From Candidatus Undinarchaeota archaeon (GTDB lineage: Archaea; SpSt-1190; JASMDC01), in the NCBI GenBank assembly GCA_964519305.1, contig CAZFHY010000012.1, forward strand, positions 32,001 through 96,000: DNA of 64,000 nucleotides. The letters are read 5' to 3'. The translations under genes and the position numbers were made by a program. Under the pieces are notes generated by a model. The model searched no databases. It saw nothing but the letters and a program-made list of their open reading frames with translations, and was not told the origin of the DNA. How positions within the stretch are numbered: the stretch's first letter is position 1; every line of letters begins with the position of its first letter. This document shows, piece after piece, positions 29,218 through 38,962 of this stretch.

Positions 29218-29884
29218 CACGGCGTGCACCCTCCAGGAAACCCCGAACTGAGTCTGTCAATCCGCGGGTGTGAACATTCGCCTCGACGAGCCCTACGGCC
29301 CGTGCGGCCAGTAGCTGAGCACCGGGTGCCCCCTGAATCAGGACACGTCCGTTGAGACCGACGATGATGGTGCAGCCGGTCAGCTCACGGATCATGCCCA
29401 CCATGCTCCCACTTCGCCCGATGAGGCGGGCGACCTTGGGTGCCGGTATGTCGATGAGGATCCCCTCGGAGATAGGGCCGTGGTCCGTTCCACCTATATC
29501 GAGCATCGCATGCTTTTCCTCGTCCATACCGCCCACGGCCGCGAGCACTGCGTCACCCTTCCGCCAGCCACGCTCCGGTCTCCGGGTATCGCCCTCCTTC
29601 AGCTCCAGGTCCGCGGACCATGGGGCCTTGATATCGACCTCTATCCATGTTCCGCGCACGGCCGTGACGATACCGATGATAAGATCGCCCTTGGACGGTT
29701 GGTAGAGGCCTCCCAGAGGGATGACACCCACATCGCCACCGCGCACCGAGGCCAGACCTACGACCGTGGATAAGAGCGAATCTCCATCGAGCCGGGTGCC
29801 GGGAGAGACTCGTCCCTCCACACCCGATGACAGAGGTGTGCCGGGAACGACAAGCTGCCGAGGTTTCACAAGGATGCGGGCCAT
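29210..29884 (-). CDS. rrp4: Exosome RNA-binding subunit Rrp4
   Basis: LVVPG, IPLGG.Y.P..GDLIIG (S1), KVARLIGRSGSM and GLNG (KH). Confidence 0.93.
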   Translation of the reverse strand: MARILVKPRQLVVPGTPLSSGVEGRVSPGTRLDGDSLLSTVVGLASVRGGDVGVIPLGGLYQPSKGDLIIGIVTAVRGTWIEVDIKAPWSADLELKEGDTRRPERGWRKGDAVLAAVGGMDEEKHAMLDIGGTDHGPISEGILIDIPAPKVARLIGRSGSMVGMIRELTGCTIIVGLNGRVLIQGAPGAQLLAARAVGLVEANVHTRGLTDSVRGFLEGARRDA

Positions 29885-29899
29885 CGAAGTCACCAGGGA

Positions 29900-30604
29900 T
29901 CAGGGGAAATGCTCCAGCACGCGCGTCTCGGCCTCGCCGTGCGTGATACCGGCGAGCTTACCGAAGAACTCGTCCTGCATCCCCGCTGGGATCTCCACCA
30001 CGGCGACCCATGATCCGTCCTTAAGCCACTGGTCCTGCTTCATCTCGCCGAAGGTACGGACCTCTCGCTGAGCGTGACTTGCATAGCTCGGAGGGATCTT
30101 CAGCGCGATGATTCGCTTCTCGAACTTGAGGGGCAGGAGCGGTCTTAGCACCTTGACAACATCGGCCATCTGCTGCTCGGCGTCCTTGAAGATATCGCAG
30201 TGCACCTTTGCCTCTTCCATAGCACGCTCGATGCGAACCACAGGGTGCGGAGTACCTGTCTGTGGATTGATCGCATTACGGGATATGAGAGCTGCTACCT
30301 GCTTGAACTTCTCCTCCGCCATGTGACGCTTCTGCTCGGTGGTGAGCTGGATCTGACCCTTGTCGAGTATCTTCTTTGCGACCTCGAACGTATCGGTGGT
30401 CTCGAACACCTTCAACAGCGATTCCTCGCCGCACCGGTCTCCACTATGAGCGTCCTTGAACACGTCCTGTGCTGCCAGGAGCTTATCGAAATCGACCTTC
30501 TTGCCCTCCTTGTACTCCCGAGCAACATCGGGGTCCACGAGTATCTCGAAGGTCGATCCGAACTTCTGGAGCCGGGCGATTACTGCCCGATCGACATCGA
30601 CCAC
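29900..30604 (-). CDS. Ribosome maturation factor SBDS/Sdo1
   Basis: FEILVDP, GQIQLT.EQ, NPQTGTPHP..RIE.AM. Confidence 0.97.
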   Translation of the reverse strand: MVDVDRAVIARLQKFGSTFEILVDPDVAREYKEGKKVDFDKLLAAQDVFKDAHSGDRCGEESLLKVFETTDTFEVAKKILDKGQIQLTTEQKRHMAEEKFKQVAALISRNAINPQTGTPHPVVRIERAMEEAKVHCDIFKDAEQQMADVVKVLRPLLPLKFEKRIIALKIPPSYASHAQREVRTFGEMKQDQWLKDGSWVAVVEIPAGMQDEFFGKLAGITHGEAETRVLEHFP

Positions 30605-30617
30605 GCTGGTCGCCTCC

Positions 30618-31361
30618 TTAGTCCTTGTCCTTTTCGGGCTCGAGCTTCTTGAGGTGCTTGAGGAGCCGGCCCTTCTCCAGTTTGGTGAACTTCCGGTCCT
30701 TGGTGGTGATCACACCGGCCTCGATCTTCTCGGGCTCGATCGGCTCCTTCATGATGCGCTGGAGCGCCTTGAACACCAGACCAATTCCCTTGTCGATGGA
30801 GATGTCGTCCTTGTAGTTGTCCTTGAGGAACTCAAGGACCTCTTTGCGACCCTCCCCCACAGCAGTAGCCTTCCACTCGGTAGGCGTACCGCTGGGATCG
30901 GTCTCGAAGAGACGGGGTCCGGACTCATCCACACCTGCAATAAGAAGGGATACACCAAAAGGCCTGAGCCCTCCGTACTGTGTGAAAAGCTGCTTGATGT
31001 CGCAGATGCGCTTGACCAAAGAGGCGATCTCGATGGCCTCGTCGAACACGATGTGGTTGCGTTGGGATTCGAGGCGCGCGTCATCCACGAGCTTGCGCCC
31101 ATCGGCCACAAGTCCGGAGGTGGCGACTCCAACATGGTCGTCCACTTCGAAGATCTTCTCGACGAAGCTGTGGACCATGAGCACATTGGAGATGCGCTTG
31201 TCCGCCGCGAGCACGACCCCGTCCTTGCAGACGATGCCGATGGCCGTGGCGCCCCTCCGCACCGCTTCCATGGCGTACTGGACCTGGAAGAGGCGTCCGT
31301 CCGGAGAGAAGACGGTACTCGCACGATCATATCCCATCATTTCAGGAGTCATTAGTTCCAT
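30618..31361 (-). CDS. psmA: Proteasome alpha subunit
   Basis: GYDR..TVFSPDGRLFQV, TQYGG.RPFGVS, ETDPSG. Confidence 0.98.
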   Translation of the reverse strand: MELMTPEMMGYDRASTVFSPDGRLFQVQYAMEAVRRGATAIGIVCKDGVVLAADKRISNVLMVHSFVEKIFEVDDHVGVATSGLVADGRKLVDDARLESQRNHIVFDEAIEIASLVKRICDIKQLFTQYGGLRPFGVSLLIAGVDESGPRLFETDPSGTPTEWKATAVGEGRKEVLEFLKDNYKDDISIDKGIGLVFKALQRIMKEPIEPEKIEAGVITTKDRKFTKLEKGRLLKHLKKLEPEKDKD

Positions 31362-31728
31362 TCATATCACCCGTGAACTTTTGCGTTGCTGTGCTGATCG
31401 AACCGGAGACGCCCAGAGTATCGATGCGGACCCGTGCATCGCCGATCTTGGTCACGAGGGCCAGAGAGGCCCTGACCTGATCGACCCGTTCATGCACACA
31501 GCGGACGAGCCCATGTCCGGTCACAGGATCGTACCGGTCCTTCATGACCCACATGCCGGCCTGGGCCGCCCCATGGTCGCCGAGAAATGACCGGACGGAT
31601 GACCGGATGGCCCTGTCCACATCGTTGAACCCTGGGGTAGGGTTCCCGGCTGGCCAAACTTGGTACACTATATATCTCTTTCGTTTTCGCAAATGCGCCG
31701 GCAATCGCCGCTTAGTCTTTTCGTTCAT
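31342..31728 (-). CDS. rnp2: RNase P protein Pop5/Rpp14
   Basis: LR.RKRYIV, G..G, GVSGSI; operon position. Confidence 0.92.
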   Translation of the reverse strand: MNEKTKRRLPAHLRKRKRYIVYQVWPAGNPTPGFNDVDRAIRSSVRSFLGDHGAAQAGMWVMKDRYDPVTGHGLVRCVHERVDQVRASLALVTKIGDARVRIDTLGVSGSISTATQKFTGDMNGTNDS

Positions 31729-32441
31729 TCGATCACCCGCACCCCTGGCGCGATGATGCGCTCGTCCTGTCGGTCCAGTGCCCTTTTCACGACCTTACAT
31801 GGCACAGTGCTAACAGCATCCAGTGCGTCCTCATTATCCATCCCGAGGCAGGTGGCGAACGCGGCAAGGTCCTGTGGCACACGAAGACCGAGCATATCGA
31901 CGGCACCGCTCGAAAGCACTAACTGGGCATCGAACGCGTCTGCATATTCGACGAGCTCTGCTAGCCGTCGGAGGAGACCGATCCTGCCACCTGTGGGTGC
32001 GATCACGTCAGCGAACGAGAGCTCCAACGCCACACCGTTCCGGGCAGCGGCCTCCGCTACTACCTTGTCAACGCCCGAATCACGCCTGCCACGATAAGGG
32101 GCACGGAGCACATCCGTCCCGCGCGACTCGACCGCGTACTTGTTTATCGCCAGGTCACCGCCCAGCACCGCGACCATGTCAGCGAGCTTCCTCGCCCGGC
32201 CGAGGAGGCCGTGGAGACTGCCCTTGGAGCCACCGATCACGTCGAGCTCGGCGCCGATGAGCGTCCCTTCACCGAGGTCCTGGTCCTTGAGCGACCTTAG
32301 GAGCGCCAGCCCTTCCTTTCCACGGACCGGTACGTTGAGGCACACGCGGTGAAAGCCTATGCGCTTGGCCTCGGCGACGAGCTGCCTGGCATCCTCGGTA
32401 GTTCCGGGGTACCGGAGGCCGATGTCGTGGAAGCGGCGCAT
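31725..32441 (-). CDS. rnp3: RNase P protein Rpp30
   Basis: GGDLAINKYAVE, AARNGVALE, SSGA....LR.P.DL. Confidence 0.9.
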   Translation of the reverse strand: MRRFHDIGLRYPGTTEDARQLVAEAKRIGFHRVCLNVPVRGKEGLALLRSLKDQDLGEGTLIGAELDVIGGSKGSLHGLLGRARKLADMVAVLGGDLAINKYAVESRGTDVLRAPYRGRRDSGVDKVVAEAAARNGVALELSFADVIAPTGGRIGLLRRLAELVEYADAFDAQLVLSSGAVDMLGLRVPQDLAAFATCLGMDNEDALDAVSTVPCKVVKRALDRQDERIIAPGVRVIE

Positions 32442-32502
32442 CGGGCGGGGTTGGGGAACACTCCTTAAATGCCTTTGCACGGGACGCGGTATTACCACGG
32501 TT

Positions 32503-32562
32503 TATATAGTACCTTGCATCCCAATGCAAAGGTATATATAGTACCTTGTACTACAAGGTACT
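32503..32562. promoter_or_regulatory. Tandem inverted-repeat operator overlapping TATA elements upstream of PadR
   Basis: AGTACCTTGT-ACT-ACAAGGTACT (32540-32562), imperfect TACCTTGCAT...ATGCAAAGGTA, and direct repeat TATATAGTACCTTG (32503, 32535). Confidence 0.75.
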
Positions 32563-32597
32563 GTGCATTCAACAAACCTTCATGAGGTGATGATATC

Positions 32598-32918
32598 ATG
32601 AACATCCAGTTCAAGAAAGGCGTACTGGAGCTCTGCGTGCTCGCCCAGCTGACGCGTAAGGACTGCTACGGCTACGAGCTAGTGGCCGAGATCTCCAAGA
32701 ACATAGCCATCTCGGAGGGCACTATCTACCCCCTTCTCCGCCGGTTGAAGAACGACGGCTACGTCACCACCTACCTCCAGGAATCCCAGGAGGGACCGCC
32801 CCGTAAGTACTACAAGCTGACATCAGAAGGGAAGACTATGAAGGACGAGCTCACAGACGAGTGGCTGACCTTCGTCGAGCGTGTGAACCACTTCCTGGAG
32901 GGAACCAGGAATGAATAG
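32598..32918 (+). CDS. PadR family transcriptional regulator
   Basis: [37 protein letters not shown]. Confidence 0.96.
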   Translation: MNIQFKKGVLELCVLAQLTRKDCYGYELVAEISKNIAISEGTIYPLLRRLKNDGYVTTYLQESQEGPPRKYYKLTSEGKTMKDELTDEWLTFVERVNHFLEGTRNE

Positions 32919-33486
32919 GAAGGAGTACATCAGAACTCTACGGAGGTATTTGCGAGGCGTCCCCAAGGACGAGCTCGAGGACATCCTCGATGACTACCGG
33001 GAGCACTTCGAGGCAGGGCTCGAGGCGGGACGGAGCGAGGATGGTATCGCCCGTGCTCTCGGGAGCCCGAAGGCCCTGGCCCGCCAGCTCAAGGCGGACT
33101 TCATGGTCCAGCGGGCCGAGGACTCGGCTTCGGCAGAGAACGTTCTGCGGGCGGTGCTCGCGGCGGCCGGGCTCGGCGTCCTCAATCTGGTATTCGTCCT
33201 CGGACCGTTCCTAGCGCTCGTAGGTGTGCTCTTCGCGCTCTTCGCAGCGGCCGTGGGCATCACCTTCGGCGGGCTCACCGGCATCGTCGCGATCATCCTG
33301 TCAACGATTGGCGGGTTCGGCTACTCTATCGGGAGCAATCCCGTGGTAGGGATCATCTTCATGGTCGGGCTCACCCTCGGTGGGCTGCTGTTCATCATGG
33401 TGGATATGTACCTGGCCAAGGCTTTTGCAGGCCTGACGGTCAAGTACCTGAAATGGAACGCGAGTATCATTAAACAGGAGGGATAA
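32911..33486 (+). CDS. DUF1700 / HAAS domain membrane protein
   Basis: [12 protein letters not shown]...LGSPKALA followed by TMs. Confidence 0.92.
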   Translation: MNRKEYIRTLRRYLRGVPKDELEDILDDYREHFEAGLEAGRSEDGIARALGSPKALARQLKADFMVQRAEDSASAENVLRAVLAAAGLGVLNLVFVLGPFLALVGVLFALFAAAVGITFGGLTGIVAIILSTIGGFGYSIGSNPVVGIIFMVGLTLGGLLFIMVDMYLAKAFAGLTVKYLKWNASIIKQEG

Positions 33487-33488
33487 GG

Positions 33489-34943
33489 ATGGAACGTACT
33501 ATGAACCGGACACTGCTTACGATCATCTGCTTGTTCGTGATGATCGGCTCCGTCGCTGCGTACACGCTGGCAACGGGGGATGAGACCGTCACCATCGGGA
33601 GCGACGGGAAGGCCATCGACGACAATGTCTACAGTGCCGGGGAGGACGTGCGCGTCACGGCACCAGTCAACGGGGACCTCATAGTCTTTGGAGGGGATAT
33701 CGAGGTACTTGCGCCAGTACGTGGCGACATCCTCATCGCCGGAGGCCACGTTTCCATCCGCGACAACGTCGGTGGCGACGTGCGCATCGGTGGTGGCAAC
33801 GTAGACATCAGGGGGAACGTCTCAGGTGAGGTAGTAGCCCTCGGTGGGGAGATAGACGTCGGTCCCGCAGCAGTAATCGACGGGGAGCTCATCGCCTTCT
33901 GTGGCGAACTGAGAATGGACGGCACCGTACTCGGTGACCTCACCGCGAACGCGGGGGACGTAAGGCTCGGCGGGAAGGCCCTTGCGAACGCCACGGTCAA
34001 CGCGGGTTCATTCCACATCTCACGCGACGCCATCATCGGTGGCAACCTTGCCTATAGTATTGACAACGAACCGGGGAACCTGGACCGTGTCCAGGGGAAA
34101 GTAGAACGCGTCGAGCATCTTGACGAGGAACTGCCGTTCGATCTCGATGAGGGCGATTTCGCCCGGAACCTCCCCTTCATTGGAGGAATCATCGCCATCG
34201 GCGCCATGGTCCTGTTCCTTCTCGCCATCGCGTTCGTCGTGGCCTCGCTCGGCCTCGGCCTTGCTGTGGTGCACTGGGGTGGTACTTTCCTCGACCGCAC
34301 GTCCGAGGCCATCATGGACGAGCCACTGTACACGGGGGCCATAGGTTTCGGTATGCTCGTCGGTGTACCGATCGGGCTCTTCCTCCTGTTGTTCACCATC
34401 ATCGGCATCCCGGTCTCGCTCTTCGGTGGCGTTCTGTTCGTCATCGCACTGTTCCTGACCACCGTGGTCGTCTCGATGCTCATCGGCGAGCAGACCATGC
34501 CCGCACAGAACCGGTACTTACAGTTCGTCGCAGGCTGGCTAATCTACACTGCGGCCCGCTGGCTGCCCATCGTGGGCGAGTGGGTCACGTTCCTGGGTAT
34601 CATTATCGGCCTAGGCGCGATGACCACCGTAGCCCTCACATGGGGTCAGGGGAACGGCACCGAGGACGAGGATGAAGTGGTCCGCCGGCGGCGACGGCGG
34701 GTGCGGAAACCGACCACAGAGGAGGACCTCGATGTCGTGGAGCTCCGCGCCGAGGACGTGAAGAAGAGGCAGACCACAGAGGAGGACGAGCGGACGAAGG
34801 AGTGCCCCTATTGTGAGAGCTCGATACTCCAAAGATGCGTCAGGTGCCCCAAGTGCGGGGGCGACCTACGGACGCTCGACGAGGACGATACAGAGGTGAA
34901 AGGACGTGGGCGAAAAGAGAAGAAGCAAGGAAAGAAGCGCTAG
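33489..34943 (+). CDS. Bactofilin-like beta-helix membrane protein with C-terminal zinc ribbon
   Basis: V.GDL...GG.V.I repeats, TMs incl. LFTIIGIP, CPYC...CPKC. Confidence 0.85.
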   Translation: MERTMNRTLLTIICLFVMIGSVAAYTLATGDETVTIGSDGKAIDDNVYSAGEDVRVTAPVNGDLIVFGGDIEVLAPVRGDILIAGGHVSIRDNVGGDVRIGGGNVDIRGNVSGEVVALGGEIDVGPAAVIDGELIAFCGELRMDGTVLGDLTANAGDVRLGGKALANATVNAGSFHISRDAIIGGNLAYSIDNEPGNLDRVQGKVERVEHLDEELPFDLDEGDFARNLPFIGGIIAIGAMVLFLLAIAFVVASLGLGLAVVHWGGTFLDRTSEAIMDEPLYTGAIGFGMLVGVPIGLFLLLFTIIGIPVSLFGGVLFVIALFLTTVVVSMLIGEQTMPAQNRYLQFVAGWLIYTAARWLPIVGEWVTFLGIIIGLGAMTTVALTWGQGNGTEDEDEVVRRRRRRVRKPTTEEDLDVVELRAEDVKKRQTTEEDERTKECPYCESSILQRCVRCPKCGGDLRTLDEDDTEVKGRGRKEKKQGKKR

Positions 34944-35220
34944 CGACTATGTCGAGGAGTACGAGCTCGATGTCGGGGAGCTGGTGCAAAGCCTCAAGGA
35001 ACTCTACCATCAGGGTACAGTACGTCGCGTCATCGTTCGACGGCCCACCGGGGAGAAGATGCTCGAGGTGCCCCTTTCAGGTGGTATGGCGATGGGGGGA
35101 GCGGTGACGGTCTTCGCGCCCCATCTGGCCGTCCTGGCCGCAGTGGCCGCGCTGGTCACCAAGGTAAAGGTGCAGGTCGTGCGGATCGTCGATGACAAGG
35201 GTGGACCTTTGGAGAAATGA
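34906..35220 (+). CDS. DUF4342 protein
   Basis: GELVQSLKEL.HQGTVRRVIVR...LEVPL; GTG start with GAGGTGA RBS. Confidence 0.85.
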   Translation: MGEKRRSKERSASDYVEEYELDVGELVQSLKELYHQGTVRRVIVRRPTGEKMLEVPLSGGMAMGGAVTVFAPHLAVLAAVAALVTKVKVQVVRIVDDKGGPLEK

Positions 35221-35459
35221 CTATGAGTTGGTTGCATAACTGGCATAGCGGGCTCAAGGGAGTCGCTTTCGTCCTCGTGCTCACAGGGACGGTCTACTTC
35301 ATCGCGTTCATGACCGCTTTCGGGAATCCCACTCCTGCAGCACGGGCGACGCTCGGTGCCATTGAGGTGTTCTTCCGGTTAGCTAATCCTCTGTATACGC
35401 TCCCAATAGCGTACATAGCCGGAGCATACCTTGGGGACAGAGCGGACACAAAGGAGTGA
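35217..35459 (+). CDS. Small membrane protein
   Basis: ATGA overlap with upstream gene; two hydrophobic segments. Confidence 0.6.
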   Translation: MTMSWLHNWHSGLKGVAFVLVLTGTVYFIAFMTAFGNPTPAARATLGAIEVFFRLANPLYTLPIAYIAGAYLGDRADTKE

Positions 35460-35530
35460 TATGTGCCCATCCCGCTGAACACGTCCCCGTCCTCGCAATC
35501 TTTTTAAGCCCCGGCCACCATGCTCTGACC

Positions 35531-36454
35531 GTGACCGACCTCGCACTTGAAGGACCGGACGATGCGATCACTGCGGCCCTGCTGGCCCCGACCATCGAGG
35601 TCAGTGCCCATCCCAAGCCAGGGAACGTGTCGCCTGTCGCCTCGTTCCCCGACATCGCTCACGCCCATTTTCTCGCATCTGCAGCCGCACTGCACGGACC
35701 GCTCCACGCGCTGGCTTCCCGTGCCACCGGAGAGCCTTCCGCCGCCGGCCTCGGGCGGGCCATGGAGGAGGCCGTTCTCAATGGCACGCGATGGCATCAT
35801 GGCGGGAACACACTCCTAGGGACCATCTTCCTCATCTTCCCCCTGGCCGCAGGTGCTGTGCGCACGCTCGCACATGACGACCGTACCCTCGATGGGCTCA
35901 TCAGCGCCGCACGCGAGCTCGTGCGCGAAGCCACATCGGAGGACACAGGAGCGATCTACCGCGCCATCGCCGCGGCCAGTCCCGGCGGGCTCGGCAGGAC
36001 GGAGCGTTGGGACGCCACGGCACCCGACGCCGCTGACCAGGTAGTGTCCCAGGGCGTCACACCTCTGGTCGCCTTCGGTGAGGCCGTGTCGCGGGACGAC
36101 GTGGCCCGGGAGCTCGTGGAGGGCTTCCCCCGGTCCCGTCGTTGCTGCTCCTACCTCCTCGACCGTGACAAGTTGGAATCCGAGGCAGTGGTACTGGCCT
36201 ACATGGACCTGCTCGCCGAACGTCCTGACTCGCTGATCAGGCGCAAAGCAGGCGACGAGGTGGCCCGGGAGGTCATGAACGCTGCCAGGTCGATCGTGAC
36301 CGGGTTAGAACCGCTCTCAGTTGACTGGTGGCACGGGATTCGGTCGCTGGATGATGAGCTCCGCAAGGACGGGAACCGCCGCAATCCCGGCACGACCGCC
36401 GACATCACCGCCGCCGGCCTCTTCCTCGCCCTCTGCTGCGGACTGCGTCCATAA
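35531..36454 (+). CDS. citG: Triphosphoribosyl-dephospho-CoA synthase family protein
   Basis: PKPGNV, NTLLG, PGGLG, PDSLIRRK.G, RNPGTTAD. Confidence 0.9.
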   Translation: MTDLALEGPDDAITAALLAPTIEVSAHPKPGNVSPVASFPDIAHAHFLASAAALHGPLHALASRATGEPSAAGLGRAMEEAVLNGTRWHHGGNTLLGTIFLIFPLAAGAVRTLAHDDRTLDGLISAARELVREATSEDTGAIYRAIAAASPGGLGRTERWDATAPDAADQVVSQGVTPLVAFGEAVSRDDVARELVEGFPRSRRCCSYLLDRDKLESEAVVLAYMDLLAERPDSLIRRKAGDEVAREVMNAARSIVTGLEPLSVDWWHGIRSLDDELRKDGNRRNPGTTADITAAGLFLALCCGLRP

Positions 36455-36491
36455 GGCCGTCGTCGCCGTGACAAAACGTTAATAAAAGAGG

Positions 36492-37034
36492 ATGTCGCAC
36501 TATCAGACAGACGGTATTACCGCTGAAATGGGACACATCATGGCCACCGACGACGACACAGTCATCGCCCCGGGGAACATCCGAGTGCGGGGCATCCGCT
36601 CCGCCGTCATCACCGGTGACTTCATCGCTCGTATCGAGCGGATGTTCCAACGCATGGCAGGACGCGGTTCGTCCCCCATCGCCTTCGATGCTGGTAGGGA
36701 GATGGGATTGCGACTTGTGACCGAAGGTCTCGAGGCGTCCCTCGACGAGGCTGGCTCATTCCTATCGGAGACGAACGTCGGCACCCTGAAGGTCGTATCG
36801 CTGGACACAGGCCACAAAGGAGGCATCCTCCGGGTCGAGGACTCGTTCTTCGCAGTCTCGTTCCTGGAGCACGCAGGAGAGTCCCAGCGACCGGTATGCG
36901 ACTACCTGCGCGGACTCTTCGCTGGAGTGTTCGAGGGGCACTACCACGAGCGGTTCCTGTGCCTTGAACGCCATTGTGCCGCGCGTGGCGAGTCCGCCTG
37001 CGAGTTCTCCATATATCCCTCACACCCCGTCTAG
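36492..37034 (+). CDS. V4R (4-vinyl reductase) domain protein
   Basis: PVCDYLRG.FAG, E..C.A.G...CEF; start may be 36528. Confidence 0.88.
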   Translation: MSHYQTDGITAEMGHIMATDDDTVIAPGNIRVRGIRSAVITGDFIARIERMFQRMAGRGSSPIAFDAGREMGLRLVTEGLEASLDEAGSFLSETNVGTLKVVSLDTGHKGGILRVEDSFFAVSFLEHAGESQRPVCDYLRGLFAGVFEGHYHERFLCLERHCAARGESACEFSIYPSHPV

Positions 37035-37045
37035 GAGGTGAACGC

Positions 37046-37333
37046 ATGGAAGAACGCGTGCGTGCCCACGTGATCGTGTCAGGCCTCGTCCAAGGGGTGT
37101 TCTTCAGGGTCACTACACGCGACGTCGCCGATGACCTCGGCCTCACGGGACTTGTCCGCAACCTACGCTCCGGTGACGTTGAGATCATCGCCGAAGGTCC
37201 CCGGGAAGCGGTCGAACGCCTCATCTCCTGGGCTCACAAGGGGCCGCGCCTCTCCAGGGTGGACGATGTGAGCACGACCTGGGAAGAGGCCACTAGCGAG
37301 TATCCACGGTTCGACGTAGCGCGGACGCTCTAA
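37046..37333 (+). CDS. acyP: Acylphosphatase
   Basis: VSGLVQGVFFR, G.VRNL..G.VE..AEG. Confidence 0.95.
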   Translation: MEERVRAHVIVSGLVQGVFFRVTTRDVADDLGLTGLVRNLRSGDVEIIAEGPREAVERLISWAHKGPRLSRVDDVSTTWEEATSEYPRFDVARTL

Positions 37334-37366
37334 GAACGGTTTCTTACCGGTCCTGAGCAGGCAACG

Positions 37367-38017
37367 CTACCTGATGTTGATCCTGAGCACCGGTAGGCCG
37401 ATGCGGACCTGGACGCCAGGACCTCGGTAGTGGCGACCGTGCCATCTGTGGTGGTGGTGGGGGCCAGGATGGGAGTACGCGTTGCGCGGGTTGCTCCCGC
37501 GGAACACCTCGTCGCCATCGGACCAGCCGTCGCCGTCAGTGTCCCAGTGGGTCAGGTCGGTGCCGTGGTAGACCTCCTTCCCGTCCTTGAGACCGTCCCA
37601 GTCCGTGTCGATCGAACGTGGGTCGCTCCCGTACCGGTGCACCTCGGTGCCGTCGTTGATGCCGTCACGGTCCGTGTCCATGATCCGTGGGTTCGATCCG
37701 TAGGTGTTTATCTCGGCATGGTCGCTCAGTCCGTCGCCATCGGTGTCGATACCACTGCCAGCGCCACTATCGCCCTGGTAGTTGTTACCGCCACCGTTAG
37801 TATCGTAATTCCGCCATCCGCCGGACTTGCTGCCGCCCTTGTCGCGCCAGCCCTCCTGGGCGTTGGCCTCCTCTGCGAGAACGCACACGCCGACTATGGC
37901 ACCGGCCAATATTGCCGTGCCGGCCATACCGTAGGATGAGAGATCGTCAGTCTTATGGTAAGCGTCCGCCTTCTCGGCGGTAGCGACACCATCGGTTTCC
38001 AGGTCAAGACCGTACAT
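37367..38017 (-). CDS. Leader-bearing protein with DTDGDG (TSP3-like Ca-binding) repeats
   Basis: Four DTDxDGxxDxxE repeats; DLE/DD leader plus hydrophobic helix; His/Arg-rich tail. Confidence 0.85.
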   Translation of the reverse strand: MYGLDLETDGVATAEKADAYHKTDDLSSYGMAGTAILAGAIVGVCVLAEEANAQEGWRDKGGSKSGGWRNYDTNGGGNNYQGDSGAGSGIDTDGDGLSDHAEINTYGSNPRIMDTDRDGINDGTEVHRYGSDPRSIDTDWDGLKDGKEVYHGTDLTHWDTDGDGWSDGDEVFRGSNPRNAYSHPGPHHHHRWHGRHYRGPGVQVRIGLPVLRINIR

Positions 38018-38086
38018 GAGGGATTCCCGGCCCTCGGTCTGTTAATAAAGTTTTCCTTTAGTTGTCACCGGCGAGTGACGGCATAC

Positions 38087-38809
38087 CTACCTGAAGGTGA
38101 ATCTCAGCCCTGGTAGCCGGATTATGACCCGTCCCCCACCGGAGTGGTGTGGGTGGTGGTATCGCCCGTTGCGATAGCGCCATCCGCCATGGTGGTCCCG
38201 CGACCGGTGTCGTCTGTTCCAGCCGGGGTTGGAGCGTGAGTTGCGCGGGCTGGTACCGTAGCGCACCTCGTCACCGTCGGACCATCCGTCGTTGTCCGTG
38301 TCCCAGTCCGTAAGGCTCGTACCGTGGTAGATCTCCCTTCCATCCCAGAGGCCGTCGCCGTCCGTGTCCCTGCTCAGGGGGTTCGAGCCGTGCCTGAACA
38401 CCTCGGCACCGTCGCTGATCGAGTCACCATCGGTGTCGTAGATGCGGGGATTTGTCCTGTAGGTGTGGACCTCCTTGTAATCGGAGATACCGTCGCCGTC
38501 GGAGTCCCTGGTGTAGTTGATGTTCGGCTGCTGGTGGACGTGCTCTTGAACGTGATTTGTCTCGGGCTGGGGCTGATAGACCGGCTCTTGAGGCTGGTCA
38601 GGAAGGTTCCCGTTTTCGTCCTGGCCGACGTCGTAGTTACGCCAGTCGCGTGCCTCCGCCTCCTCTGCGAGCACACCGAGCCCGATTATGAGACCCGCCA
38701 TGGCGACACCGCCAGCGACACTGTAGGATGAAAGGTCGTCGGCTTGTCGATATCCGTCGGCCGACTCAGTAGCAGCATATCCTTCCGATTCGAGGTCAAG
38801 AGCGTCCAT
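38087..38809 (-). CDS. Leader-bearing protein with DTDGDG repeats (paralog)
   Basis: Four D[ST]DxDxxxDxxE repeats; same leader and tail as 37367-38017. Confidence 0.85.
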   Translation of the reverse strand: MDALDLESEGYAATESADGYRQADDLSSYSVAGGVAMAGLIIGLGVLAEEAEARDWRNYDVGQDENGNLPDQPQEPVYQPQPETNHVQEHVHQQPNINYTRDSDGDGISDYKEVHTYRTNPRIYDTDGDSISDGAEVFRHGSNPLSRDTDGDGLWDGREIYHGTSLTDWDTDNDGWSDGDEVRYGTSPRNSRSNPGWNRRHRSRDHHGGWRYRNGRYHHPHHSGGGRVIIRLPGLRFTFR

Positions 38810-38962
38810 GAAGCGTGTCAGAGCATGGCAGGGTTAATAAAGATTGTTACTCCGACGAGCGGAAACTGCGACAGAACAAGCGCTGAGTAAAGCGATTACT
38901 GCGTACGTAGGTCTACGGAACTCCGGGCAGGTCCCCGGCCGGGATTGTCGAGAGACCGGTCC

